DNA of 64,000 nucleotides from Patescibacteria group bacterium (GCA_028288925.1 JAQGHG010000026.1:22013-86012), one strand, 5' to 3'; positions 47,848-57,300 are shown, numbered from the stretch's first letter. Notes: generated by a model not told the origin, from the sequence alone. Numbers and translations: made by a program.

Positions 47848-48702
47848 GTGAACCAGAAATTAGAAAAATACCTAGACGAAGCCTTTAAACCCTACGGCGA
47901 TTTCCCGGCCCGCCAGGACGTCAAGCAAGAACTACTCGGCAACCTCGAGGAAAAGTTTAGCGACCTCAAAGCCCAAGGCAAATCCGACGACGAAGCCTAC
48001 CAGCTCTCCGTCGACTCGGTAGGGGACATCTCGGAAATGATGGAGCATGTGCCGCACGACGACGCTGACGCCACCGCCGCCGCTCCCGCCGGCCGCAATC
48101 TGTCCGGCTCCAACCTCCCCGATTCCGACCTGGCCGGCGCCAACTTGCGCCAGGCCAACCTCAAAGGCTCGGCCCTCAAGCAAACCGACTTTAACGGCGC
48201 CAATCTCGCCGGCGCCAACCTAAGCGGCAGCGATCTCCAGGCCGCCAACTTCGCCGGCGCCAATCTCGCCGGCGCCAAAATGTCCGGCTCTGCGCTCAAA
48301 GGCGTCAATTTCACGGGCGCTGACCTCACCGGAGCCGAGCTCAAGGCTAGCGATTTATCAGGCGCCAACTTCGACAGCGCCAACCTCACAGGTACCAAGC
48401 TCAAAGCCTCAGCGTTTAAGGGCGCGACCTTCAACGGCGCCATCCTAGTAAACACCGAGTTCAGCCGGTCGGACTTAAGCGGTATTACCTTCGACGGGCA
48501 GACCCTCGACGGCGTCATCTTCAACAGCGCCTCGCTCAAGAACACGTCTTTTAAAGGCGCCACCTTGCGCAACGTAATCTTCCACCACACTGCCGCCAAG
48601 AATGCCATCTTCGCCGGCGCCACCATGGACAAGCTCACCTACGCGCTGCTCAAGAGCGGCAAAGCCAACTTAGACGGCGTCACGATACTAGAAACTTTGT
48701 AA
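47848..48702 (+). CDS. Pentapeptide-repeat protein with N-terminal HAAS/permease-prefix domain
   Basis: KYLDEAF..EL..LEEK..DL..G.S..EA..GDI, then A(N/D)(L/F)xx repeats; follows PadR. Confidence 0.85.
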   Translation: MNQKLEKYLDEAFKPYGDFPARQDVKQELLGNLEEKFSDLKAQGKSDDEAYQLSVDSVGDISEMMEHVPHDDADATAAAPAGRNLSGSNLPDSDLAGANLRQANLKGSALKQTDFNGANLAGANLSGSDLQAANFAGANLAGAKMSGSALKGVNFTGADLTGAELKASDLSGANFDSANLTGTKLKASAFKGATFNGAILVNTEFSRSDLSGITFDGQTLDGVIFNSASLKNTSFKGATLRNVIFHHTAAKNAIFAGATMDKLTYALLKSGKANLDGVTILETL

Positions 48703-49162
48703 CGATTTCCTTAGCATCGTTAGGGTCTGAGTATGATTGCAGATAATAGTCAGGGCACTCGTCCATAGAGACGCCCCGGATCATATAAGTCAGCTTGTCC
48801 AGCAGCTGTTCCTGTACTAAACATAAGATCGGGGTAGGATTGAGGCCCAGGTTCGGTTTTAAAATCGCCCTTTCTAGCTCCATGCCCACGCCATGGCTTG
48901 GGTCATTTACTATCGCTATAAAATGAGTGGCCTTATCTACCCATTTGAGGTCCTGCCTCCTAATGTCGATCGCAGTCCTATCGGTCGGCGCTCTTCTACC
49001 GTCTAGCGCGGCGCGCGCAGCCACATGTTCGCTCAAGACTTCAGCACCCCCGGCCGTCAAAAATTGGATAATCTCCAGGGAAAAATCAGAAACCTCCCGT
49101 AACGGCTGGCGCGTTATGGGGCCAGAAAAATACACTTTGACCCCTCCAAAAGGCTCGTTCAT
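48680..49162 (-). CDS. Nucleoside 2-deoxyribosyltransferase/Rcl-like nucleotide N-glycosidase
   Basis: KVYFSGPI, VLSEHV, D..W..A, PSHGVGMELERA. Confidence 0.78.
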   Translation of the reverse strand: MNEPFGGVKVYFSGPITRQPLREVSDFSLEIIQFLTAGGAEVLSEHVAARAALDGRRAPTDRTAIDIRRQDLKWVDKATHFIAIVNDPSHGVGMELERAILKPNLGLNPTPILCLVQEQLLDKLTYMIRGVSMDECPDYYLQSYSDPNDAKEIVTKFLVS

Positions 49163-49190
49163 GGTTTTATTCTAGCAAATAGCGCGGCTA

Positions 49191-49664
49191 TTAATAGCCA
49201 ATGGGCGGATGGGTATGAGAAGGGAGTTTTAGCAGGCCAAGCTTGTTAATATCCTTGGTGATTCGGTCTAATTCCCCGTCCAGAAGCTCCAGCCCCCGGC
49301 GGTCATGCTCTGCCGTTAGCTGATTCCGGATATGAGCTTCAGTTTTGTCAAAGTCGTTCTTAAATCTAGTATTAATGTCTTTCCAGGCAATCCCCTTGAG
49401 CAGCCGCGCCGCCGCTGGTTCGTAGCCGATGATGCCCTTAAGCAGCAAGAACGAAATACTGGGATACCCTAGATAACCCACCCAGTATGACCCGTTATCA
49501 TTTGAGGTAATAGAGTTACTATCAGGATCGTAGGCCACTTGATAATATTTATTGCCCGATGATGAATATACCTTGGCAGTATTACCGTCAAGCGCGACCC
49601 GCCCGTCGCCAATGGCGCCCAAAGCCTCATAAACCTTAATGATTGGTGGATGCTCCCACTGCAT
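49191..49664 (-). CDS. Conserved-looking hypothetical protein
   Basis: PP.IKVYEALGA, SS..K.Y.V, NDNGSYW.GYLGYP, W..IN; own TAGAGT-N7-ATG start. Confidence 0.7.
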   Translation of the reverse strand: MQWEHPPIIKVYEALGAIGDGRVALDGNTAKVYSSSGNKYYQVAYDPDSNSITSNDNGSYWVGYLGYPSISFLLLKGIIGYEPAAARLLKGIAWKDINTRFKNDFDKTEAHIRNQLTAEHDRRGLELLDGELDRITKDINKLGLLKLPSHTHPPIGY

Positions 49665-49703
49665 ACTTACCACTCTACTACAGCCATTCCTTAGTAATAG
49701 GGG

Positions 49704-49736
49704 CGTTAACCCTCCGGTCGGGCCGGAGGGTTAACG
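49704..49736 (-). terminator. 14-bp perfect stem-loop at gmk stop
   Basis: cgttaaccctccgg-tcggg-ccggagggttaacg. Confidence 0.55.
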
Positions 49737-50297
49737 GTGCGCGAACTCTATCAGGCATTGGATCAGCGACTCGTTACCGTCATCCTGTACGGTGATTATC
49801 GAATCGTAGAGAGCCTGGTACCGCAGGTCACGTATAAGCGCCAACTCCTCCTTAGCTTTCTCAAGCCGGTAAGAAGTTTCGGGCTCGTCGCTGCCGTTCC
49901 GCAGCCGCAAACGCTTCTGGAGCAAGCTCACATGCGCCGGGACAAGATAGACTCGCTTTGCGGCTGGGTAAGCTTGGATGACTTGCCCGACGACCTGGAT
50001 GTAAATAGCCAGTACGGGTACTTTGCCAAGCTCCCATATCCGCTCGATAGCACTTCGGCGAATGCCGTACTTGTGGCCGAAGAACTCATTATTCATGAAG
50101 AAGTCGGCCGTTTCCTCGGTGGCACGATCGTATTCGCCGCGCTCAAGAAATTCGTAATCCACTCCCGGAACCTCATTGGGACGCGGTGGCCTAGTGGTAG
50201 TCATGAGCACGGGCAGGAAGCCGTGCTCTTTCAACTGCTCCACCAGATAGGTCTTACCGATGCCTGAAGGTCCGGAAATCACGAGCAGTGGTGCCAT
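49731..50297 (-). CDS. gmk: Guanylate kinase-like protein
   Basis: SGPSGIGKT, TTRPPRPNEVPGVDYEF, YG, RL..R. Confidence 0.82.
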   Translation of the reverse strand: MAPLLVISGPSGIGKTYLVEQLKEHGFLPVLMTTTRPPRPNEVPGVDYEFLERGEYDRATEETADFFMNNEFFGHKYGIRRSAIERIWELGKVPVLAIYIQVVGQVIQAYPAAKRVYLVPAHVSLLQKRLRLRNGSDEPETSYRLEKAKEELALIRDLRYQALYDSIITVQDDGNESLIQCLIEFAHR

Positions 50298-50327
50298 GAA
50301 GCCTTCCTAAATGGCGGATGCGGGCAG

Positions 50328-51581
50328 CTACAGGCCGATCTGGGCCGGAAGCGTCTTGAGCATAAACTCCTCCGGCTTTTCTGTAAAGATCGTGTGTTTC
50401 CCAATGGGGTGGGCGTAGCCAATTTCAATGAATGCCGAAGCGCCCACATACCCGTCTGGGTTACATACCACGAGCGCGTCAGACCGCTCAATCGACTCCA
50501 AGTGATGACGCTCAAGCTCGAGCGGCGTCATCCCGTCCTCCCCGTGGAATACCACAAACTCTTCACCCGGGTTTTGCGGCTCAATAAAACGCGGGCTTAA
50601 GACCCGTATGCCTTGTTCTTCAAGCTGCTTTTTTACGTCAAGGATGTAATTCAGGTGCTTCCGGAAGCTCCCACTCAACGTAACCGTGCGGAAGACTTGC
50701 CGTGCCCATCCATGGGCCGTATTAGAATCTGAAGGCACGATTGTCCTAATCCCATATTTGCGGCAAATTGCTTCCGCGATGGCGGAGCAGCTGCGCGCGC
50801 CATGCATCCATCTGGGGTCGTGCGGCATCTTTTCCTCAAGCCACGACAAACGGGTCTCATGGAAAATCGCCTCGTTCTTGCGATAGAAGTCTTCAGACCG
50901 GATTAAGTATTTATGATCCCCGTCGGTGAACAAGTGGTTAGCGGCAACGGGGTACCCGGCGAGTCGCATATATGTGAGTTCGCCACCGTTATAGAAAGCG
51001 ACTCGAACGTTATTCTCCAATTCTGGCAGCAGTGAGGTAGCATAACTAACCACCTCGCCGATAGCCGCTCCGGAGGTTTGGCCGTTGATAGTTGGGAACT
51101 TGCCTAGTAGCGTGCCGACACCCAGCCCAATATTGTGGCGTTCAATGGCGTCTTTGCCGTAAACCACCACCAGCTCGGTGGAGCCGCCGCCAATATTTAT
51201 CAGCAACACCGGCTCATTTAGGCTGCATTTATCGAGCAGGGCGGTTTCCAGATAGAAGTTCTCCAAGTCCTGGGAAATAATGTTGAAGTAAAGGCCTGTG
51301 TGGGCAAAAAACTCGTCCACAAACTTAATCCTGGCGTCCCTTTCAAGCTCTCGGAATAGGGCAGTGGCGATGATCCGGATCTGGGCTCCGGGATTTTGTT
51401 CAACGGCGGCCTGGACAAATTGGTACAACTCACCCTTATTAGGCTCGCTCAAGCCCGTGGCCGGGTCAAAATCTTTTTTAAACGGGATACTACATGTGGC
51501 GAGGAGGCGTACATCTTTGTTTTGGCCAATTTTGTTTACTTTGACCGTTGAGGAACCGACATCAATCAGGATCGTATCCAT
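50328..51581 (-). CDS. Ppx/GppA-family phosphatase fused to C-terminal NDT-like domain
   Basis: IDVGSSTVK, ATALFR, IISQDLE, NIGGGSTE; C-terminal LSGSFRK..VLSP..SDA..YVGAS..EIGYA..GK; GGAGG SD. Confidence 0.8.
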   Translation of the reverse strand: MDTILIDVGSSTVKVNKIGQNKDVRLLATCSIPFKKDFDPATGLSEPNKGELYQFVQAAVEQNPGAQIRIIATALFRELERDARIKFVDEFFAHTGLYFNIISQDLENFYLETALLDKCSLNEPVLLINIGGGSTELVVVYGKDAIERHNIGLGVGTLLGKFPTINGQTSGAAIGEVVSYATSLLPELENNVRVAFYNGGELTYMRLAGYPVAANHLFTDGDHKYLIRSEDFYRKNEAIFHETRLSWLEEKMPHDPRWMHGARSCSAIAEAICRKYGIRTIVPSDSNTAHGWARQVFRTVTLSGSFRKHLNYILDVKKQLEEQGIRVLSPRFIEPQNPGEEFVVFHGEDGMTPLELERHHLESIERSDALVVCNPDGYVGASAFIEIGYAHPIGKHTIFTEKPEEFMLKTLPAQIGL

Positions 51582-51591
51582 AAACCCTCCA

Positions 51592-51635
51592 TGTGTATAT
51601 ATGTGTAGGATATAATGCATACACATATATACACA
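51592..51635. promoter_or_regulatory. Perfect 16-bp inverted repeat with four TGTGTA boxes
   Basis: TGTGTATATATGTGTA-N12-TACACATATATACACA between divergent genes. Confidence 0.8.
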
Positions 51636-51677
51636 AGCCCCTATTATCGCTAAAATAGCCTCAAATACTCACTTTTT

Positions 51678-52217
51678 ATGATAGTTCATTTCATTGCCTC
51701 TACAAGTAAAATAACCGATGATATAGGGATCTTCCGACGCATCGCTTCATATGTTCAGGAGTATGGTCACAGTTTGGCCTATGACTGGCTGCATGGAGCG
51801 AACAATCCTCAAGACGCGCTCAGCCTACAAAAAGCCCATGAAGCCGCTATCTCAAAATGCGATATCCTCATCGCTGACGTCAGCAGAAACGGCTTTGAGC
51901 TTGGGTATCAAGTGAGCTTAGCCGTTTCCCAGAAGAAGTCCATCCTGCTACTGTATGGTCCGAATCTCGCCGATACGGCGTTCCTAAACGGCTTCGGAAG
52001 TTCTTATATTCGACGGGAGCAATACACCCCGGATAGTCTGCGGGCAGTCGTAAAAAGCTTCCTAGACGAGAACGACATTCCCGCCAAAGACATGCGCTTC
52101 AACTTCTTCATTGACCGGCAAATCTACCAATATCTGCGCTCCACCTCTTTGCACACCGGCAAAACCAAGGCCGAAATACTGAGGGAGTTAGTGCTGCGGG
52201 AGATTGACAACAAATAA
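51678..52217 (+). CDS. NDT/Rcl-like domain fused to C-terminal ribbon-helix-helix domain (putative regulator)
   Basis: HFIAS, CDILIAD.S..GYQ..A..KK.IL.LY; C-terminal RFNFFID..Y.YL...GKTKAEILRELV. Confidence 0.72.
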   Translation: MIVHFIASTSKITDDIGIFRRIASYVQEYGHSLAYDWLHGANNPQDALSLQKAHEAAISKCDILIADVSRNGFELGYQVSLAVSQKKSILLLYGPNLADTAFLNGFGSSYIRREQYTPDSLRAVVKSFLDENDIPAKDMRFNFFIDRQIYQYLRSTSLHTGKTKAEILRELVLREIDNK

Positions 52218-52261
52218 GCCGGTCCGGTCTAGATCTTGCGGACAGTCTATAATGATCAAGT

Positions 52262-54589
52262 ATGAGTACCATATCTGACGAATCATTACAGGGCCTGCCC
52301 ATCTACGCGCGCCGGGCGGAGATCCTGGCGGCGGTCGATGCCAACCAGGTCACGATCATCACGGCCGAGACGGGAGCGGGCAAAAGCACCCAGGTGCCGC
52401 AGTACCTGGCCGGGCATGGCTACGCCAAGGTGGTGGTGACGCAGCCGCGCATCTTGGCGGCGCGCAATCTCTGCGCGCGCGTACAGCAGGAATACTCGTT
52501 TCGACGCGGGACCGACAGCACCGCGCTGGTGGGCTACCGCACGGCTAGCGAGCGCGACGACGGCCCCGAAAACACCATTCTGTACTGCACCGACGGCCTG
52601 CAATTGGTGCGCGAGATCACCGGCCTGGGCACCACGCAGCGCCAAGTATTGGTGCTCGATGAGGTCCACGAGTGGAACGAAAACATGGAAGTGCTGGTGG
52701 CCTGGGCCAAGAAGCGCTGCGGCGAAGATCCGGGCTTCAAACTGGTGCTGATGAGCGCCACCATCGATTCGGGCAGCTTGGCGGCGTACTTTGACACGCC
52801 GCCCGCCATCGCCGTCACCGGCCGCGGCTTCGGCGTGGCCAAGCGGCGCGGCGGCGATCTGGTGGCCGAGGTGGTCAAGCAGGCCGGGGCCGGTCCGCGT
52901 AATATGCTGGTGTTTCTGCCAGGCAAGGCCGAGATCGAACAAGTCGGCACGGAGCTGCGCGCCCAGTTGACGCAGCCGGTGCCGGTATTGCCCCTGCACG
53001 GCCAGCTCGAGCCGCAGATGCAGCAGCAGGCCTTCGCCGCCTACCCCGAGGGCAAGATCATTCTGGCCACCAATGTAGCCCAGACCAGCATTACCATCGA
53101 CGACATCGACGTGGTGGTCGATAGCGGCCTCGAGCGGCGGTCCGAGGTGCGCAGCGGCGTAGAAGGGCTGTTCATCGCCGAGGTCTCCCAGGCCGATTGC
53201 CTGCAGCGAGCCGGCCGGGCCGGACGCACACGCGCGGGGGAGTACATCCTGGCGCGTCTCGGCAACCTGCCCTGCCCGCCGCTGGAAGCGCGCCCCGAAT
53301 ACGGCGTGCCGGAGATTATGCGCACGCTGCTCGACCGGGTGGTGTTGCGGCTGGCCAACATCGGCATCGACATCGAGGAGCTGGAGTTTTACCACTCGCC
53401 GAGCCAGCGCGCCATCAAGCTGGCCAAGCGCACCCTCGTATCGCTCGGGGCCATGACCAAGCGCGGCGAAGTCACCCGCACCGGCCGGCACATGGAGCGC
53501 TTCCCGGTGGCCTCCAGCTTCGCCCGCATGCTAGTAGAAGCCGAGGAATCTCCGCCCGCGGTGCAGTCCAAGCTCGCGACCATCATTGCCTTGCAAGAGG
53601 TAGGCGGCATCATCAAGGGCGGCTCGCGCTACACCGGCTGGCGGCGATTCACCTTGCAAAGAATGTCCGATCTGCTGGCCGGCTACGAGGTATATTTGGC
53701 TCTGCCGGGCCTCGATTCGGCTACCCTGGAAGCCGTCGGCATCATCACCAAAAACGTCGACAAAGCCGGCGACGTCGTAGAGCGGCTGCACCGCGAGCTA
53801 GGCCTCCTCACCCCCGCGCTCACGCCCATCGAGCCCGAAGAAGAACCTCTGCTGCGGCGCTGCATCGTGGCCGGCCAGCTCGACCAGATCTGGATGCTGG
53901 AGCCGGGCGGCAAGGCCACGCATCTGAGCAGCGGCAAGCAGCGCGAGCTCTCCAGCGGCAGCGTCGTCAAACAGGCCAGCCTCATGACGGGCACGCCCTT
54001 CGACCTCGAAGTAACCACCCACCGGGGCCTCGAAACCCTAGAGCTCGTCAACGACGTCACCGCCGTCGATCCCAAGTGGCTCGAGGAGCTCGCCCCGGAA
54101 GACTTCCACATCAAGCCCGGCAAGCTGCGGTTCGACGCCGGCAGCGGCATGATGGCGCTGGCATCAATCGTAAAATTCCATAAACGCACCTTCCAGGCCG
54201 CCAGCGCCCCCGTCCAGGAGCACACCAACAAAAACGAGCTTATGTTCGTCGATCTGTACTGCGATTATGTGCAGGAGCAGCTCGCCCGCGAGCGCAAAAT
54301 CTTCGAGATGGGAGGTGGCCAGCGCGTCCCGGACATCTCCTGGAAGACCATCCGCGAACGCGTGCGCACCGCCGCCATGGGCGCCGTATCTCTCCAAGAA
54401 CTGCCCCGCGAGCAGCAACTCGAGCTCGAGCGCCTCGCCAAACTCGAGACCTGGCTCGGCGCGGCCTACCGCATCGAGCCGCGCCTCACCCAGGCCGAAG
54501 CCCTCCGCCGCGGCCAACGCCGCAAACGCCCCGGCCGCACCAGCCCCCGCCCGAACGGCCCGGGCAAGCGGAAGGGGAGAGGGCGGTAG
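52262..54589 (+). CDS. DEAH-box RNA helicase (HrpA/HrpB-like)
   Basis: ETGAGKST, TQPR, DEVH, MSAT, FLPG, ATNVAQTSITI, QRAGRAGR. Confidence 0.92.
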   Translation: MSTISDESLQGLPIYARRAEILAAVDANQVTIITAETGAGKSTQVPQYLAGHGYAKVVVTQPRILAARNLCARVQQEYSFRRGTDSTALVGYRTASERDDGPENTILYCTDGLQLVREITGLGTTQRQVLVLDEVHEWNENMEVLVAWAKKRCGEDPGFKLVLMSATIDSGSLAAYFDTPPAIAVTGRGFGVAKRRGGDLVAEVVKQAGAGPRNMLVFLPGKAEIEQVGTELRAQLTQPVPVLPLHGQLEPQMQQQAFAAYPEGKIILATNVAQTSITIDDIDVVVDSGLERRSEVRSGVEGLFIAEVSQADCLQRAGRAGRTRAGEYILARLGNLPCPPLEARPEYGVPEIMRTLLDRVVLRLANIGIDIEELEFYHSPSQRAIKLAKRTLVSLGAMTKRGEVTRTGRHMERFPVASSFARMLVEAEESPPAVQSKLATIIALQEVGGIIKGGSRYTGWRRFTLQRMSDLLAGYEVYLALPGLDSATLEAVGIITKNVDKAGDVVERLHRELGLLTPALTPIEPEEEPLLRRCIVAGQLDQIWMLEPGGKATHLSSGKQRELSSGSVVKQASLMTGTPFDLEVTTHRGLETLELVNDVTAVDPKWLEELAPEDFHIKPGKLRFDAGSGMMALASIVKFHKRTFQAASAPVQEHTNKNELMFVDLYCDYVQEQLARERKIFEMGGGQRVPDISWKTIRERVRTAAMGAVSLQELPREQQLELERLAKLETWLGAAYRIEPRLTQAEALRRGQRRKRPGRTSPRPNGPGKRKGRGR

Positions 54590-54603
54590 TAGGTGCACAT
54601 AGC

Positions 54604-54651
54604 AGTATCCCGACAAAATGTCGCGATACTAATACAAAATGTCGGGATACT
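54604..54651. promoter_or_regulatory. Three 12-bp boxes upstream of Fic gene
   Basis: AGTATCCCGACA then TGTCGCGATACT and TGTCGGGATACT (21-bp period). Confidence 0.7.
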
Positions 54652-54666
54652 TGTTAAAATAGAACC

Positions 54667-55710
54667 ATGAATATCTCAAGTCGCCAGCAACAGATCGTCA
54701 TTGAGCTTATAAGGGCAAGCAGTTCTCTGCCGCAACTCGTCGCGTTGCCGGTGTTCTCAGAGGTTACCGAGCGCACCCTTCAGCGCGACTTGAGCGAACT
54801 GGTAGATAAGGAATATGTTAAACGCAAAGGTGAGGCTCGCGCCGTATCCTACGAAGTGACAAATCAGGGGAAGATGGGTCTGGCGCTCCCGGAGAAAACC
54901 CTTGAGGAGATCTTTGCGGTTGATGACCGGCCTAGCCTATCGTATGATTTTGACCGGCTAAGCAGCCTGGGACCGGTTCCGCTCTTTACTGAGCAAGAGT
55001 TTCGAAAACTCCATGAGTATAACGGCATATTTAAATCAAAGCTGAGTACTGCCTCACCGGATATAATTCGACGCGAGCGCGAAAGAATAACCATTGAGTT
55101 ATCATGGAAATCCTCTCAGATTGAAGGCAATACCTATACGCTCTTAGAGACGGAGTCGCTCCTTAAGGAGGGCATTGTCGCGCCTGGCAGATCTCAAGAA
55201 GAAACCACCATGGTCGTAAACCACAAAAAGGCGCTCGATTTTACCGAGCAGCATAAAGATTTATTCCTGAACGAAATCTCGTCAAATAAAATTATCGACC
55301 TTCATAAAATCCTCGCCGAAGGCATAATTAGCCCCGGTTTGCGGGAGCGTCTGGTCGGCATCACGGGCAGTTCGTATAAGCCACTTAATAATAAATTTCA
55401 GATTGAAGATGAACTTAAGCGGCTGAGCGATGTAATTAATGCTAAAGATAACGTGTTCGAAAAAGCTCTCTTGGCGTTCACGTATATCTGCTACTTACAG
55501 CCCTTTAACGACGGCAACAAACGAACGGCCCGCATTCTCGCGAATGCCATTCTCTACGCCGACGATTCATTCCCTCTCTCGCTACGCGCTGTGAGCGTCA
55601 ACACTTACAAACTAGCCATCCTAGCATTTTACGAACTTGGCTCACTTGGTAACGCCAAACAGGTGTTTATCGACCAGGCGAAGTTCGCGTCGGAAAACTA
55701 CGCGATTTAA
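54667..55710 (+). CDS. Fic-domain protein with N-terminal wHTH
   Basis: RTLQRDL HTH; SSQIEGN autoinhibitory motif; QPFNDGNKRTAR. Confidence 0.88.
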   Translation: MNISSRQQQIVIELIRASSSLPQLVALPVFSEVTERTLQRDLSELVDKEYVKRKGEARAVSYEVTNQGKMGLALPEKTLEEIFAVDDRPSLSYDFDRLSSLGPVPLFTEQEFRKLHEYNGIFKSKLSTASPDIIRRERERITIELSWKSSQIEGNTYTLLETESLLKEGIVAPGRSQEETTMVVNHKKALDFTEQHKDLFLNEISSNKIIDLHKILAEGIISPGLRERLVGITGSSYKPLNNKFQIEDELKRLSDVINAKDNVFEKALLAFTYICYLQPFNDGNKRTARILANAILYADDSFPLSLRAVSVNTYKLAILAFYELGSLGNAKQVFIDQAKFASENYAI

Positions 55711-55903
55711 CTAGAAAACCACCATACCTTGCGGCAGAGGGTGGAAGAGCCTAGATTTTGCGATCAGCCGCCCGAAGGGGTAGTTTTTGGCTCGTATTTG
55801 TTCCTACATATTGCCATTTTGGTAACATACTAGTCAATCTGCAGTGTCGTTTAAGGATTATTCCTTGCCTAGGCTTACCCGTAGAATATGCCATAATACC
55901 TCT

Positions 55904-56658
55904 ATGGCTACCAAACCCACCTACGCCGAATTCTCCGACCCCCGCCTCGTTGCCATCTACGACACCGTCAATCCGCTGGGCGCGGAAAAGGCCTTTTATC
56001 TCAACCTGGCCGACCAGCTCCACGCCCGCACCATCATCGACCTCGGCTGCGGCACCGGCCTACTCACGCTCGAGCTAGCCACACCCGGCCGGCACCTCAT
56101 ATCGGCGTCGAGCCCTCCGCCCTCATGCTCGCAGCCGCCAAGCGCCGCCTCGCCGGCCAAGACGTCGAGCTCATCCACGGCGGCGCGCCCGAGCTCGGCC
56201 ACCACGAAGCCGATCTGGCCATTATGACCGGCCACGTTGCTCAATTCTTCCTCACCGACGCCGAGTGGCAAACTGCCCTAAAGTCCCTCCACCAAGCCCT
56301 CAAACCCGGCGCACATTTGGCTTTCGAAAGCCGCAATCCGCTCATTCCACCCTACACCAAGTGGCCCACGCCCACCGCGCACCGCCGCCTCCACGATCCC
56401 CAGGCCGGCCCGGTCGAATGGTGGCTGCAAGACCGCCAGCCCAGCGGCAACCGCCTCAGTTACGCGCTGCATTACCTCTTCGCAGACACCGGCGAAGAAG
56501 TAACTTCCCACAACGAGCTCATCTTCCGCTCCCGCGCCCAAATCACCACCTCACTCCAAGCTGCCGGCTTCACCGTTGAGCACGTCTATGGCAACTGGGA
56601 CGCCACTCCGGCCACGGACGACAGCAAGGAGATGATTTTTGTGACAAAGCGAAACTAA
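55904..56658 (+). pseudogene. Class I SAM methyltransferase split by a frameshift near 56100
   Basis: DLGCGTG in the first frame; GVEPS..ML..LKPG..FE in the second; junction ctc-AT-atc-ggc. Confidence 0.8.
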
Positions 56659-57129
56659 TTACTGATCTTTGTGCTCGTGAACCCGCTCATTCCTTCGCTT
56701 CAACCAATCTTCTAATGGCAAACAAGTCTCTTCCAGCGTTCCAGCCATCGCTTTAATAAGCGCATCCTTGTCTCGCTCCGACTCGACCACCCTGACCGCA
56801 AGCGTATATAAAGCATGTGCGCCTATTTGCAATGCGATACCATTCTTGGCCAAATAATACAGCAACACAATCACGGCCGTCCGTTTATTGCCGTTCTCAA
56901 AAGCGTGATCCTTCGCCACAAAATAAAACAACGCCGCAGCTTTCAAATAAACCGTCGTATAAATATCCTCGCCAAAAGCACTCTGAAACGGCGCCGCCAG
57001 AGCACCGCTCAGCTTGCCGGCGTCATGAGTATCAAACGGCGGCATCGGCTCGCCATAAGCCCGCTCAAACGCCCCACTAATTTCTTCAACGACCTTCCTA
57101 ACCTCATCAATGGTTAGCCTGTCGTCCAT
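56659..57129 (-). CDS. doc: Doc-family (death-on-curing) toxin
   Basis: KAAAL...HAFENGNKRTA; short; preceded by a small ORF. Confidence 0.82.
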   Translation of the reverse strand: MDDRLTIDEVRKVVEEISGAFERAYGEPMPPFDTHDAGKLSGALAAPFQSAFGEDIYTTVYLKAAALFYFVAKDHAFENGNKRTAVIVLLYYLAKNGIALQIGAHALYTLAVRVVESERDKDALIKAMAGTLEETCLPLEDWLKRRNERVHEHKDQ

Positions 57130-57132
57130 GAG

Positions 57133-57300
57133 CTATTCCTTGCTCAGCAAGACCAGCGTTTCCCCATAGTCCCGAACCACCGCCTGAGCAAACTTCTCCC
57201 TATCGGCATCCGAAAACTGCCGGGGCGCAGACGCGACCAGACGGACGTCATTCTTGCGCTGACGCTTTGCGTGTGACATAAATTTCTTAAACTTATCCAT
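57133..57300 (-). CDS. Putative antitoxin
   Basis: 55 aa immediately upstream of Doc, ends YGETLVLLSKE. Confidence 0.55.
   Translation of the reverse strand: MDKFKKFMSHAKRQRKNDVRLVASAPRQFSDADREKFAQAVVRDYGETLVLLSKE

Noticed and set aside
48090-48680. 15/30-nt periodic repeats (ggcgccaa...)
   Set aside because: Explained by the pentapeptide-repeat coding sequence
52286-54231. Long antisense/alternate-frame ORFs over the helicase (similar ones over ligD, the ABC ATPase, the FAD oxidase and atp genes)
   Set aside because: Shadow ORFs expected from high third-position GC; no motifs
55711-55890. Intergenic region with partial hairpins, considered as ncRNA or IS end
   Set aside because: No recognisable RNA family, terminal repeats or transposase
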